A stretch of DNA of 64,000 nucleotides from Rickettsiales bacterium. Its GTDB lineage: Bacteria > Pseudomonadota > Alphaproteobacteria > Rickettsiales > JABSSG01. A program made the translations under genes and the position numbers. This document shows, piece after piece, positions 33,790 through 44,366 of the stretch; within the stretch, counting starts at the first letter, position 1, and each line of letters opens with the position of its first letter. The stretch spans positions 732 to 64,731 of the forward strand of contig JAVKEN010000014.1 of the NCBI GenBank assembly GCA_040221415.1. The letters are read 5' to 3'. The notes below the pieces were generated by a model. The model was not told where the DNA came from, did not search any database, and was given only the letters and a program-made list of their open reading frames with translations.

Positions 33790-34515
33790 TTAGAAGCTGT
33801 ACTTCAAACCAAGCATGAAGCTATTATCATCTAATTTAATTTTTGTGTTTGCATATGTCACAACATCACCGTCTCCATTAGTGTATGTTACATTTTTCAA
33901 TTTCGTCTTTAATAGATAACTATAGTTGTATTCAGCAAAAGCTACGAGATTTTTACCAAAATCCACCTCTGTACCTACACCAATGCTAGGGCCGTAGAAC
34001 ATTTTTGTTTCATCAGTTTTGTAAAATCTGGTAAGTGTATTTGCAGCCCAGCCTTCTCTTTCAATTTTATTTCTACTAGCATTGACACCAAATTTTGCGT
34101 AAAGATTCATTCGATCAAACCTTGAACCAACCACCACCGAGGGTCTTAAAGAGAATTGATTAATAATTTGGTATCTATCTTTTGCACTATCATAGTTCTC
34201 AAATTCTTTATCTGAAAATCCCTTTGAAGCAAGAAGTTCAAAACCATAAAATAAATGATCTTTGCAGTCCACTCTGTAATCCACACCTAATAATACACCG
34301 TTTAAAGATTCATGCCCGGTGTTCCTGTTAGAGTTTGATGCTCCTGCATCACTTGAAGAGTCATACCTAAAATGGTTGTTAAGGTTGGTATGCACATAAC
34401 CAAACTTAACACCCCAAGGGTCATTTTTCTTTGTTGCATGACCACCAGCTGAAGCTGCTGCCATTGATGCAAGACATGAAGTTATTAATGCAGTTTTTAT
34501 TATTGTTTTAATCAT
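33790..34515 (-). CDS. outer-membrane beta-barrel protein (OmpA-like/OMP_b-brl type)
   Basis: Signal peptide MIKTIIKTALITSCLASMAAASA, alternating beta-strand pattern, and a C-terminal ...LGLKYSF with terminal Phe. Confidence 0.8.
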   Translation of the reverse strand: MIKTIIKTALITSCLASMAAASAGGHATKKNDPWGVKFGYVHTNLNNHFRYDSSSDAGASNSNRNTGHESLNGVLLGVDYRVDCKDHLFYGFELLASKGFSDKEFENYDSAKDRYQIINQFSLRPSVVVGSRFDRMNLYAKFGVNASRNKIEREGWAANTLTRFYKTDETKMFYGPSIGVGTEVDFGKNLVAFAEYNYSYLLKTKLKNVTYTNGDGDVVTYANTKIKLDDNSFMLGLKYSF

Positions 34516-34625
34516 TTGCTATCCCATATATTAAATTTCTGGTTGAAACTGTAATTCAGATAATGATTCTAGGCAATATTTTTTATCTCTTGCAGATAAT
34601 TTTTCTTATCACTAAGCTAAATATC

Positions 34626-35828
34626 ATGAAAAACACAAAACTTCATAGATCCTTATCACTATTTTCCATAACAATGTATGGCATTGGAAGTATTTTGGGA
34701 GCTGGGATATATGTTCTTGTTGGCAAGGTTTCAGGTCATGCTGGCATTTTTGCACCAGCATCTTTTTTAGTCGCAGCAATTGTTGCTACATTTACTGCAA
34801 TTTCTTATGCCAACTTATCTTCAAGTATTCCAAAATCAGGGGGAGAGTTTGCATATATTTCTAAAGCTTTTAAATCAGAAAAATTTGCTTTGCTTATTGC
34901 ATGTGGGGTAATGTTATCAGGCAGCATTTCCTCAGCCACTATGGCAAATGGTTTCGTGGGATATTTGCAAGTTTTTACTGGTATTCATGCTAGCATTATC
35001 ATCTCTGCATTTGTTTTGATCCTAGGAGCCTTGTCAATTTGGGGGATTCAACAATCTGCTTTTTTAGTAACTGCTTTTGCCTTTATAGAATTTGCTGGCT
35101 TAATTTTTGTAGTTTACTGCCTGCATGACAATACAAATCTTATAAGCTCAAGACTTACAGAGGCAATTAGTGATTTTAATTTTTCAACAACAACACCAAT
35201 TCTCGCCGGATCATTCATTGCTTTCTTCGCATTTATTGGATTTGAAGACATGGTTAATATTGCAGAGGAAGTAAAGAATCCTAAACGTAATATGTATTTA
35301 TCAATAATTTTTGCTCTGATTGTCACATCAACTATTTATATATTAATCTCTTTATTTGCCAGCATATCACTTACACCTGAACAATTACAAAATTCAACAG
35401 CTCCCATGGCAGATCTGATAGCATCAAAGGGTTATAATCCAAAAATCATCAGCGTAGTCAGTTTGTTCTCAATATCAAATGGCGCTATAGTGCAAATGGT
35501 AATGGCAGCGAGAATTTTATTTAGTATCTCACGCAAAGGAATTATACCCAAGATTTTTAGCAATATTCACTCTGAGACAAGAACACCCATTTACGCAACT
35601 TTATTGATAATTTTATTTATTTTATTTTTAGCTCTATTCCTTGAACTTGAAACATTGGCTGAAATGGCAAGCTTCGTAATATTGCTAGTGTTTACCACAA
35701 TAAATATCTCTTGGTTTCTTATTCAAAGATCTATGGTTGAACGAAGCCTGATAAGTGTAACTATACCCATTGCTGGAGCAATAACCTCGTTCGGTATGGT
35801 TGTCTTTAAACTTTACACCCTTATTTAA
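34626..35828 (+). CDS. APC-family amino-acid permease
   Basis: About 12 predicted hydrophobic helices. N-terminal SLFSITMYGIGSILGAGIYVLVG motif typical of APC transporters. An alternative ATG lies at 34563. Confidence 0.85.
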   Translation: MKNTKLHRSLSLFSITMYGIGSILGAGIYVLVGKVSGHAGIFAPASFLVAAIVATFTAISYANLSSSIPKSGGEFAYISKAFKSEKFALLIACGVMLSGSISSATMANGFVGYLQVFTGIHASIIISAFVLILGALSIWGIQQSAFLVTAFAFIEFAGLIFVVYCLHDNTNLISSRLTEAISDFNFSTTTPILAGSFIAFFAFIGFEDMVNIAEEVKNPKRNMYLSIIFALIVTSTIYILISLFASISLTPEQLQNSTAPMADLIASKGYNPKIISVVSLFSISNGAIVQMVMAARILFSISRKGIIPKIFSNIHSETRTPIYATLLIILFILFLALFLELETLAEMASFVILLVFTTINISWFLIQRSMVERSLISVTIPIAGAITSFGMVVFKLYTLI

Positions 35829-36342
35829 CTAGATAAAACTTATAGGATAAAGTGAGTTGATCTAGATGTTTTACATCTGGATCCTCATCCATTTCTGGAT
35901 CGATAAAGAACGATACAGGCATCATCATTTCTTGCCCTGGTTGCAGAAGCTGCTCCTGAAAACAAAAACACTGGATTTTATTGAAATAAATCCCAGCCTT
36001 AAAAGGTGCCACATTATATACAGAAGTACCAATTATTGGTTTATCCGACTTGTTTTTAGCGAAATAAAATACTAATGCGTTTTCTCCCGTGGTGACTTCC
36101 ACTTCATTCTGAAGAGGCTTGAATTCCCAAGGTAAACTTGGATCTATATTTGCATCGAATCTTACTTTGATTTTCTTTTTACCAATTTTATCTGAAACTT
36201 TGATTGCCTTTTGTGTTGTGCCACCATAACCAGTGATTTTACAAAAGATGTTATATAAAGGAACAAATGCATAGGCGAAGGCTACCATCCCTATGACTAT
36301 TGAAGCGATCGCAACACCAAGACTTTGATTGCTTTTTGACAC
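35821..36342 (-). CDS. ctaG: cytochrome c oxidase assembly protein CtaG/Cox11
   Basis: One N-terminal TM helix, a CFCF copper motif (KIQCFCFQEQLLQPGQ) and ...LTLSYKFY. Confidence 0.88.
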   Translation of the reverse strand: MSKSNQSLGVAIASIVIGMVAFAYAFVPLYNIFCKITGYGGTTQKAIKVSDKIGKKKIKVRFDANIDPSLPWEFKPLQNEVEVTTGENALVFYFAKNKSDKPIIGTSVYNVAPFKAGIYFNKIQCFCFQEQLLQPGQEMMMPVSFFIDPEMDEDPDVKHLDQLTLSYKFYLVK

Positions 36343-36453
36343 TATTTCCTTTTTTGAAGCAGCATAACATAAGCACCCAAAAATAAAAATTTAAACTTGA
36401 TTAAACTCGTATCTTAATTCTTAATAGAACAAAGATACTAAAGAGGGAAATCT

Positions 36454-37104
36454 ATGAAATTATATGTATACGACCATTGTCCATATTGCGTAAAAGCAAG
36501 AATGATTTTTGGACTTAAACATGTTGAATTTGATTTAGAGTTCCTTCTCAATGATGATGAAAAGACCCCTATAGAAATGGTGGGGCAAAAAATGGTGCCA
36601 ATTTTAGAATTAGATAATGGAAAATATATGCCTGAAAGTATGGACATCGTTCATTATATTGACTCGGAATTTAGTAAGCATAAAATAGTAAACCCCTCTT
36701 CTAACGGAAAAATAATAGACTGGATTGATGAAACTACTCATGAAATGTACCAACTTGCCATGCCTAGATGGGTTCAAGTAGATTTGCCTGAGTTTAGAAC
36801 AAGAGGAGCTATTGAATATTTTATCAAAAAGAAAGAAAAATATGTCGGCCCCTTTGAAGAGCTTCTTCAGGAGTCAGATAGATTTATTGAATCTATGAAC
36901 AAAAAGCTTATAGAATTAGATAAGCTTATACATTCTGAAGATTCAGCTGAAGGAAAATTATCAGATACTGATTTTCATTTATTCGCAGAGCTCAGATCTT
37001 TATCTATTGTAAAAGGTATAATATTCCCTAAAAAAACCCTGTCTTATCTACATAAGATGCACAAAATGGCAAAAATACCTTTGCATGATGAAATGGCTAT
37101 CTAG
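36454..37104 (+). CDS. grxB: glutaredoxin 2
   Basis: MKLYVYDHCPYCVKARMIFG (CPYC active site), 216 aa, with a GST-like C-terminal half as in Grx2. Confidence 0.85.
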   Translation: MKLYVYDHCPYCVKARMIFGLKHVEFDLEFLLNDDEKTPIEMVGQKMVPILELDNGKYMPESMDIVHYIDSEFSKHKIVNPSSNGKIIDWIDETTHEMYQLAMPRWVQVDLPEFRTRGAIEYFIKKKEKYVGPFEELLQESDRFIESMNKKLIELDKLIHSEDSAEGKLSDTDFHLFAELRSLSIVKGIIFPKKTLSYLHKMHKMAKIPLHDEMAI

Positions 37105-38609
37105 GTAAATAATCCCTCTACACACCGAACTAAAGCTTCTGCCGGGTCATCTATTTCATTTGTACAAGTAGTCCCTGCTGCTGATCCAGTTCCGAGCGTT
37201 TTTCCATCTTCGTATCGTCTATACGCTACTTGGAAACAATCCAGCATAGTATTAACCATAGAAGATAGATCAGTAAGAGACCCTGAATAATTAGTAGTAC
37301 TTTCCCAGGTAATACCTGTTCCTGTTCCTGTTCCATAACAGACCTTAATTGAATCTGCAGACGAAAGCTCCCCTGCACTATCAAGCCTTGCTTTCTCGTC
37401 TAAAGCAAGTATCGCAGCATGAACATCACTACCAACACCACTGATATCAGCTGTTCCAGCATCTTGCTTCAGATTTAAAATAGCCTCGGTGACTGTGTCA
37501 CCTACGACACTAATATCATAATGTCCAATCGCACTTGTTATTGAAACAGGAGCTTGAGCTATACCCCCTGTAAGACCTGTACTGAATTTTGCAGATGGAA
37601 AAGAAGTAGAAAATGCAATCGTAACTGAGGCAACTGCTGCTGCAAGTCCGGCAGGGGTATCTGCCACACCAGTTCCATCAATAGCTGTATTCAAAGCCCC
37701 AGCTACAGAGTCAGCATCAGTATAGGCACTAAACGCACTTCCTGTTCCAGCGATCAACCGTTCTATATCCTGACGTATCTCAGCCGCAGTGAACTCAGAT
37801 GAGTCGTGATCAAGTGTATTATATATTGCTGTAGCTAGAGAGCTGGCCGTATAACCACTGTCATCTACTGCATCTATTAAAGATGCTTTTGATGTGTCGC
37901 CTCCTGTTCCTGTTCCAGTAAATCCAGCAGTTAGCTCGGCTAAAGTAGCGCCAATAGTAACACCTTCCATTGCACTAGCAAGATTACTAATCAAAGATGT
38001 ACCACTTCCTGTTGCTGATTCTACTGCAGAATCTAGAGCAGACTGAACAGCATCAATATCAGCATAGACAGATGCAGTAATTCCGGCTGTAAATGACCAA
38101 CTTAAATATGAAACAGCAGAATTTGGATAAGAAGCATAATTTATTGCATTTAAAACTGCTGTAGATAAATCAAGAGTAGTGCTATATGACTTGCTATCCA
38201 CTAACACAGACTCTAATCTGTCTTTTAATATTGAAGCAGTCGGAGTTTGGGCTGCACCATCACGATCAAATTTATACGATAGAGATACACCTCCAATAGC
38301 TTCAGTAATAGTATTTGGAACATAATTCATACCGCCAATCTGAGCGATAGCTAGCTCTGCTTCTACAGCAGAATGAAACTGACTTAAAGCTTGCAATACA
38401 GATTTCGACTGAGCACTAACATCTAAACCTCCTATGATAGCGTCCATTCCTGCTAAGGCATATTTGTCACCATTACTACTAGTAAACTCTGCAAAAGTCC
38501 CTTCTCCTGTTCCTGTAAAAAATGTGTTAATTGCCCCTGTAGATGGCAATTTGTATGAAATTGCTTGATGTAAATTTTGCAATCTAGTGATTGATGTTAA
38601 CGCCGCCAT
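37101..38609 (-). CDS. Ala/Thr/Ser/Gly-rich protein of unknown function (GTG-motif repeats)
   Basis: About 500 aa with recurrent (F/Y/A)(T/G)GTG(S/T/E)G motifs (FTGTGEG, ATGSGTS, FTGTGTGGD, IAGTGSA, YGTGTGTG, LGTGSAAG). The ATG at 38609 is preferred over the TTG at 38624. No signal peptide seen. Confidence 0.55.
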   Translation of the reverse strand: MAALTSITRLQNLHQAISYKLPSTGAINTFFTGTGEGTFAEFTSSNGDKYALAGMDAIIGGLDVSAQSKSVLQALSQFHSAVEAELAIAQIGGMNYVPNTITEAIGGVSLSYKFDRDGAAQTPTASILKDRLESVLVDSKSYSTTLDLSTAVLNAINYASYPNSAVSYLSWSFTAGITASVYADIDAVQSALDSAVESATGSGTSLISNLASAMEGVTIGATLAELTAGFTGTGTGGDTSKASLIDAVDDSGYTASSLATAIYNTLDHDSSEFTAAEIRQDIERLIAGTGSAFSAYTDADSVAGALNTAIDGTGVADTPAGLAAAVASVTIAFSTSFPSAKFSTGLTGGIAQAPVSITSAIGHYDISVVGDTVTEAILNLKQDAGTADISGVGSDVHAAILALDEKARLDSAGELSSADSIKVCYGTGTGTGITWESTTNYSGSLTDLSSMVNTMLDCFQVAYRRYEDGKTLGTGSAAGTTCTNEIDDPAEALVRCVEGLFT

Positions 38610-38769
38610 AAATTTTACCTTCAAATTGTTAAAAGTAATTTTTGCAAATAAGTGTAAATAAAACGTTAAAGATTAGAATATTTTTTCAACTAATATTTGA
38701 CTTATTATATTGTCATTAACCATTTATTAACAAAGGAGTGAGAAAATTATAAAAACCTACTAGGTAAGG

Positions 38770-39567
38770 ATGATGAAAGATAAACCAGACTTTTCTGTAG
38801 TTAGAACAGAGACAGAGCTATTGGCCACAATGGCTCTTTTTTTTTATAACTTTGCTAAGCAACCTTCATACCAAATAATTATTGACGATGCTCTTCCTCC
38901 AGAAGATCAGCTGATTCGGATGAGAGATCCCGTAGATCACGGAGATGAATTTGACCTAGAAGAATTTTTTTCCGAGATTAAGCATGAAGCAGAAGTTGGA
39001 CTGCATGTTGCAGGTGTTAACCCCTTGGACCTTGAAGTAAGAGAACAAAATGATCACTATATTTATAATGTTATTGTTACTCCAAGAGTTGAAGTTGGAG
39101 AGCGAATTGAGGATCAGCATATTATTTACGAAGTAACAACTACTGATCAGTTTGGTAGAGAGGCTGATGCTGATTACAGAATAATTGAAGAAGATGATAG
39201 GCAAGTATTAATATTCACACCATTTAACTTGCAATATGAGATGATAGGTCACGAAGCAAGGATAAACTTGGATCGAGTTCACGCAGGAGAAGAGTTTTAT
39301 GAAGTTGAATACCAATTTACACTGAGACAAGAAGAAGATAGAGACCCTCACCTTGTAACTGCAGAAATTGCACATGAAAGAATTGATGCTTACGATGAAA
39401 GACTCCCAAGTCCAGTGGCAGTTAGAGTGAACCCTTTTGCAGCTTTTTTAGACGATGACTCTGAAAATGAAGAAGAGGAGAATGAGCCAGAAACACCCTC
39501 TTTGTCAGCAAAAATTCATGGAGACTTACCTCATCATAGCCTAGATGGTGAAGAAGAGCTGCCCTAA
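38770..39567 (+). CDS. highly acidic protein of unknown function
   Basis: 265 aa, E/D-rich, containing [22 protein letters not shown]. Ends ...SLDGEEELP. Its stop overlaps the gatB stop. Confidence 0.55.
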   Translation: MMKDKPDFSVVRTETELLATMALFFYNFAKQPSYQIIIDDALPPEDQLIRMRDPVDHGDEFDLEEFFSEIKHEAEVGLHVAGVNPLDLEVREQNDHYIYNVIVTPRVEVGERIEDQHIIYEVTTTDQFGREADADYRIIEEDDRQVLIFTPFNLQYEMIGHEARINLDRVHAGEEFYEVEYQFTLRQEEDRDPHLVTAEIAHERIDAYDERLPSPVAVRVNPFAAFLDDDSENEEEENEPETPSLSAKIHGDLPHHSLDGEEELP

Positions 39568-41012
39568 GAAAGTTTTTGCTTTAGGATTTCATTTACAACT
39601 TTAGGGTTTGCTTTACCGCCTGTTCCTTTCATGGTTTGCCCAACAAAGAAACCAAATAATTTGTCTTTCCCAGATTTATATTGCTCAACCTTGTCACCAT
39701 TATCAGCAAGTATTTTATCAATAATAGCTTCAATCTCGGAACTGTCCGTTATTTGCTTAAGACCTTTCGACTCAACTATTTTTGTTGCTTCCTCACCTGT
39801 TTCAAACATTTCATCAAACACATCCTTGGCAATTTTACCAGAAATTGTATCGTCCGTTATCAGGCTTATTAGACCCGCAAACTTAGCTGGCGTAACTTTA
39901 GAAGTAGCTACCGTCTGATCATTTTTGTTTAACCTTGCAAAAAACTCACCAGAAATCCAATTTGCAGCAAGCTTAGGGTTACACAACTTAGAAACCTCAT
40001 CAAAAAACTCAGCAGCATCTTTATCTACTGATAAAACAGATGCATCATAAGGAGTTAGCCCAAATTCCTGCATATAACGTTTTTTCTTATGATCCGGAAG
40101 TTCTGGAAGCTGCGCCCTCACTTTATCAATATATGCTTCATCAAGATTGATACTTAAAAGATCAGGGTCTGGAAAATATCTGTAATCATGCGCATTTTCT
40201 TTTGATCTTAAGGTGCGCGTTTCTCCTGTGCTAACGTTAAACAAACGTGTCTCTTGATCAACTGTACCACCATTCTCTATAAGGTCTATTTGACGCTCCA
40301 CTTCATATTCAATTGCTCTGATAATATATCTTACAGAATTTAGATTTTTTATTTCACATCTTGTCCCGAGTTCATCACCTGGTTTTCTGACAGAAATATT
40401 TGCATCGCAACGAAGCGAGCCTTTCTCCATGTCCCCATCACATGTACCAAGATATCTCAATATGTTGCGTAACTTCTTAACGAACTCACCTGCCTCAAAA
40501 CTTGAGCGCATATCAGGCTCAGTCACAATTTCCATCAATGCAACTCCAGAACGATTCAAATCAATCAAACTATATTCAGGCGATTGATCATGCATGCTTT
40601 TCCCAGCATCTTGTTCAAGGTGTATATGGTGGATACCAACTTTTTTTGATTCATTTTCATTTAAATCAATTTCTACAAAACCACTACCAACAATAGGATG
40701 GTACATTTGTGAGATTTGGTAACCTTGTGGAAGATCTGCATAAAAATAATTCTTTCTATCAAATCTTGAATATTTATTAATTTCACAATTTAATCCAAGG
40801 CCAGTTTTGACGGCTTGCTCTACACAATACTCATTTAAAACTGGTAACATCCCAGGAAGTGCGCAATCCACCAAGGAAACTTGTGAATTAGGTGCTCCGC
40901 CAAATTCTGTTGAAGCTCCTGAAAACAACTTGCTTTTAGAAGTCACCTGAGCATGTATCTCAAGCCCAATTACAACTTCCCAATCTCCAGTTTTACCTTT
41001 TACTAAGTTCAT
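39564..41012 (-). CDS. gatB: Asp/Glu-tRNA amidotransferase subunit B
   Basis: [13 protein letters not shown]..., 482 aa, full GatB pattern including the C-terminal GatB_Yqey region. Confidence 0.95.
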   Translation of the reverse strand: MNLVKGKTGDWEVVIGLEIHAQVTSKSKLFSGASTEFGGAPNSQVSLVDCALPGMLPVLNEYCVEQAVKTGLGLNCEINKYSRFDRKNYFYADLPQGYQISQMYHPIVGSGFVEIDLNENESKKVGIHHIHLEQDAGKSMHDQSPEYSLIDLNRSGVALMEIVTEPDMRSSFEAGEFVKKLRNILRYLGTCDGDMEKGSLRCDANISVRKPGDELGTRCEIKNLNSVRYIIRAIEYEVERQIDLIENGGTVDQETRLFNVSTGETRTLRSKENAHDYRYFPDPDLLSINLDEAYIDKVRAQLPELPDHKKKRYMQEFGLTPYDASVLSVDKDAAEFFDEVSKLCNPKLAANWISGEFFARLNKNDQTVATSKVTPAKFAGLISLITDDTISGKIAKDVFDEMFETGEEATKIVESKGLKQITDSSEIEAIIDKILADNGDKVEQYKSGKDKLFGFFVGQTMKGTGGKANPKVVNEILKQKLS

Positions 41013-41021
41013 AATTTCTAC

Positions 41022-41375
41022 TTAATATTTATAATACTTACTTGAGTCCATCTCTCTGAACTCAACTGAAATGCATTCTTTATCTACAGAAAAATTCTTT
41101 GCTAAATATTCAAGGTAAGCATTCCCTAAATCATCAAACATACCCTGAGTTCTTTCTGATTTTTTTAAAACTGCAATTGTTAAATGAAGAAATCCTCTGT
41201 GGTGATTCCCCATTCCTACTTGTGAGTTTTGCAGCCCGTTAGATCTAAGCTTAATACCATCAGTAGTTACACCTAACACTTTGACCATTTCATCAATTAC
41301 GAACTTAAAAAGATCATTTATTTCCTTGTTACTGCAGCCAATCTCTTTGCTATGCTCAAATAATACTTGTGGCAT
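41022..41375 (-). CDS. 5-carboxymethyl-2-hydroxymuconate isomerase-like (tautomerase superfamily) protein
   Basis: 117 aa, MPQVLFEHSKEI... with an N-terminal Pro after Met, and ...FLHLTIAVLKKSERTQ.... Resembles CHMI/HpcD-type proteins as I remember them. Confidence 0.5.
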   Translation of the reverse strand: MPQVLFEHSKEIGCSNKEINDLFKFVIDEMVKVLGVTTDGIKLRSNGLQNSQVGMGNHHRGFLHLTIAVLKKSERTQGMFDDLGNAYLEYLAKNFSVDKECISVEFREMDSSKYYKY

Positions 41376-42853
41376 TAGAAACCTTCTGGAGTTTTTTTAA
41401 AATTAAAACATTTTTCAAGACCTGATGCCGCCCTAAACAAAGTAGCTTCATCAAAGCGATTAGCAATAAGCTGCATAGCGATTGGCAGACCTTGCGAATT
41501 CAGCTTACATGGCAACGATATTGCTGGTAATCCAGCCATACTTGCTGGAATTGTATAAACATCATTCCAGTACATTTTGATTGGATCTTTAGCTATCTCA
41601 CTATCAAATCCAAATGCTGGAGTTGGAGTTACCGGAGCCAAAATCACGTCTACATCTTCGAACGCAGATTTGAAATCATTAGCAATAAGCCTTCTAACTT
41701 TCTGAGCTTTAGAGAAATAAGCATCGTAAAACCCAGCCGAGAGTACATAAGTTCCAATCATAACACGTCTTTGCACCTCATGACCGAAACCTTCACTTCT
41801 AGTAGCTTCATACATTTCATCTAAGGTCATACCTTTTTCATATTTTCTGAAGCCGAATTTAACCCCATCATATCTTGCTAGGTTTGAAGATGCTTCTGCT
41901 GGTGCAATTACATAATAAGAAGACACACCACTCATGGTGTTAGGTAATGACATTTCAATAACTTCTGCACCTTCTCGACGCAGCATATCAGCAGCATCAG
42001 ACCATAATTTATCAATCTCAGAATCAAGCATATCACTGCGATATTCTTTAGGAAGCCCCACCTTTAATCCTTTTAAACTTTGGCCTATCGCAGCTTTTAA
42101 ATCTGGCAATTTCTCAGGTGACGAGGTGGAATCTTTTGCATCATGCCCCATCACTGCTGAAGCAACCATCGCCGTATCTTCAACTGAACGAGCGAATGTT
42201 CCCGCTTGATCCAGTGAACTAGCAAAAGCCATCATCCCATATCTTGAACATCTACCATAGCTAGGCTTGAAGCCTACCACTCCACAAAACGCTGCTGGCT
42301 GTCTTACCGAACCGCCAGTATCAGATCCTAAAGCACACATAGATATGTGAGCGGCAACTGCTGCCGCAGAACCTCCGGAGGAACCTCCAGGAACCAACTC
42401 TTCTTTGTTATTAGTTGCTTTCCATGGGTTAATCACATTACCAAAATAACTGGTAATGTTAGCTGAACCCATTGCTGAGTCATCCATATTAGCCTTACCA
42501 ATCATTATTGCTCCAGCTCCACGTAGTTTACCCGAAACTGTAGATTCATAGGTAGGAACAAAATTATGAAGAATTTTTGAAGCATTCGTAGTTTTAACAT
42601 TTTTCGTACAAAACAAATCTTTAATCGCTACCGGAATACCATCTAAAGGCTTAGCTATGCCATCTCTATATCTTTGATCAGATTCTTTTGCTTCTTCAAT
42701 TGCTAGATCAACAGTTTCAGTAATGAACGCATTCAAATTTTTGTGCTTTTCTTGAGCTTTTAAGTGCGCGTTAAGCAATTCTGTTGATGAGAATGTTTTA
42801 TTCTTTAAGCCATCAAGAGCAGATGCAATAGATATTTTATTTAGCTCTGTCAT
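41375..42853 (-). CDS. gatA: Glu-tRNA(Gln) amidotransferase subunit A
   Basis: Amidase signature GGSSGGSAAAVA, 492 aa. Confidence 0.95.
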   Translation of the reverse strand: MTELNKISIASALDGLKNKTFSSTELLNAHLKAQEKHKNLNAFITETVDLAIEEAKESDQRYRDGIAKPLDGIPVAIKDLFCTKNVKTTNASKILHNFVPTYESTVSGKLRGAGAIMIGKANMDDSAMGSANITSYFGNVINPWKATNNKEELVPGGSSGGSAAAVAAHISMCALGSDTGGSVRQPAAFCGVVGFKPSYGRCSRYGMMAFASSLDQAGTFARSVEDTAMVASAVMGHDAKDSTSSPEKLPDLKAAIGQSLKGLKVGLPKEYRSDMLDSEIDKLWSDAADMLRREGAEVIEMSLPNTMSGVSSYYVIAPAEASSNLARYDGVKFGFRKYEKGMTLDEMYEATRSEGFGHEVQRRVMIGTYVLSAGFYDAYFSKAQKVRRLIANDFKSAFEDVDVILAPVTPTPAFGFDSEIAKDPIKMYWNDVYTIPASMAGLPAISLPCKLNSQGLPIAMQLIANRFDEATLFRAASGLEKCFNFKKTPEGF

Positions 42854-43140
42854 TATTCAATTACCTTTGGAACTGCGAAATGTTCATATAATTCTTTTGG
42901 TGCATTCTTTAAAACTTCTTCAGCACAATTACCTTGAGTTACTTCATCTTTGCGCATTGGCTGACCAAACTCAGACACATTAACCAAAGGAGACACCCCA
43001 TCCGTATCAACCTTTGAAAGCTGATCAATAACTCCTAAAATCTTAGATAACTCCCTCACATACATATCTAATTTTTCCTGTGGAATTTTTAACCTTGCTA
43101 ACTTAGCAGTCTTGGTGACATCTTTCTCAGTAATTGACAT
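42853..43140 (-). CDS. gatC: Asp/Glu-tRNA amidotransferase subunit C
   Basis: The ATG at 43140 gives MSITEKDVTKTAKLARLKI..., about 95 aa, overlapping the gatA start by 1 nt. Confidence 0.85.
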   Translation of the reverse strand: MSITEKDVTKTAKLARLKIPQEKLDMYVRELSKILGVIDQLSKVDTDGVSPLVNVSEFGQPMRKDEVTQGNCAEEVLKNAPKELYEHFAVPKVIE

Positions 43141-43209
43141 AATTTTTAAGATAAATTCAGTGGTAAAATAAAACAAATTACAGGCGTTATCAACCTAATT
43201 CTTTAGCTT

Positions 43210-44277
43210 TTAGCCAAAGAGTTTTTCTGGCAAAGTTTTTTGATTTAGCTGGGCAAAATAATAATGTCTTAATTGCTTAGCATATACACTCAAAATTCTT
43301 TTGCTCTCAGGTGATAACTTAGATGCATTTACATTCAGCATGCCCTCTCCTTCTTTAGTCAATACAGGCTCTGACATTATTCTTTGCATCTCTTTAGGAT
43401 TCGAAAGTAATTTATCTATGTACTCTGTTAATGCGCGCATATCTTTAAAATCACTTACGTCTATATAAGATTTTTTATTGAAATATTTGCTCGTTGTTTG
43501 TGAATCACCCCAGTAAATCGGAATAGCACCTGCTTCATAAGCATTGATAATTTTTTCAGTAATGTAACCTGGGGCAAAACCATTCTCCATAGATATAACA
43601 AATTTATATTTATTGTAGGTGTTTATCGCATTCTTTGGCAAATCTGTTGACGTAGTTTTTGAACATTTCCCTAGCGCATCTACCTTTGGAAACGCATCAT
43701 GCAAAGCTTTGAATACTTCCTCTCTGTTGCTTGTGCAGTGCCTGAACATGTAAGCAACATTTCGTCTTTCTTTTATCGACTCCAAAGATGGCTTTTTGCG
43801 TGGCAGTGAATTCAAAAATTTTATATCATCCTTATGATATGCTGCAAGTGGTACATACGCATGATTCTTTGCAAGAGACAGATTTGTAGTGAACTCAAAA
43901 AATGGATAGCCTGTCACTCTGTATCTGCGGTATTTTAAAGGTTTTTTCTCAGCTGACATTGCAATGTATGGAGCCCTATTTTTCAATTGATCAACAAAAC
44001 TATTTCTAGCTCTGTATATACTTCTAACTACCAGATTTGGTTTTTTGGTATCTGAAACAATCACCTTATATTCTGGGAACGCCAACTTAATAACATTGAC
44101 GACAAAATTTCCCAGACGAACATGCTCCGCCCTTACAACGAATTCACCGCCTTTTTTGGGTAAATTATTTTCATATTTTACAAAATTCTCATAATAAAAA
44201 GCAGGAATAAATGTACGGTATCTATACCCAAAAATTAAAATAATTATTGCAAAAATAATTAATATTTTTCTCTTCAT
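43210..44277 (-). CDS. GT10-family alpha-1,3/4-fucosyltransferase-like glycosyltransferase with an N-terminal membrane anchor
   Basis: YKFVISMENGFAPGYITEKIINAYEAGAIPIYWGD matches the GT10 signature (YKF.L.FEN......Y.TEK...A......P.Y.G). N-terminal helix KILIIFAIIILIFGY. Confidence 0.75.
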   Translation of the reverse strand: MKRKILIIFAIIILIFGYRYRTFIPAFYYENFVKYENNLPKKGGEFVVRAEHVRLGNFVVNVIKLAFPEYKVIVSDTKKPNLVVRSIYRARNSFVDQLKNRAPYIAMSAEKKPLKYRRYRVTGYPFFEFTTNLSLAKNHAYVPLAAYHKDDIKFLNSLPRKKPSLESIKERRNVAYMFRHCTSNREEVFKALHDAFPKVDALGKCSKTTSTDLPKNAINTYNKYKFVISMENGFAPGYITEKIINAYEAGAIPIYWGDSQTTSKYFNKKSYIDVSDFKDMRALTEYIDKLLSNPKEMQRIMSEPVLTKEGEGMLNVNASKLSPESKRILSVYAKQLRHYYFAQLNQKTLPEKLFG

Positions 44278-44366
44278 AGTTTTCTTCTTATCTTTCTACT
44301 TCCATGTTGTTGACCGATATGCGAAACTTTAATATAACAAAAATCGATCAATATTAAATCGAAATA

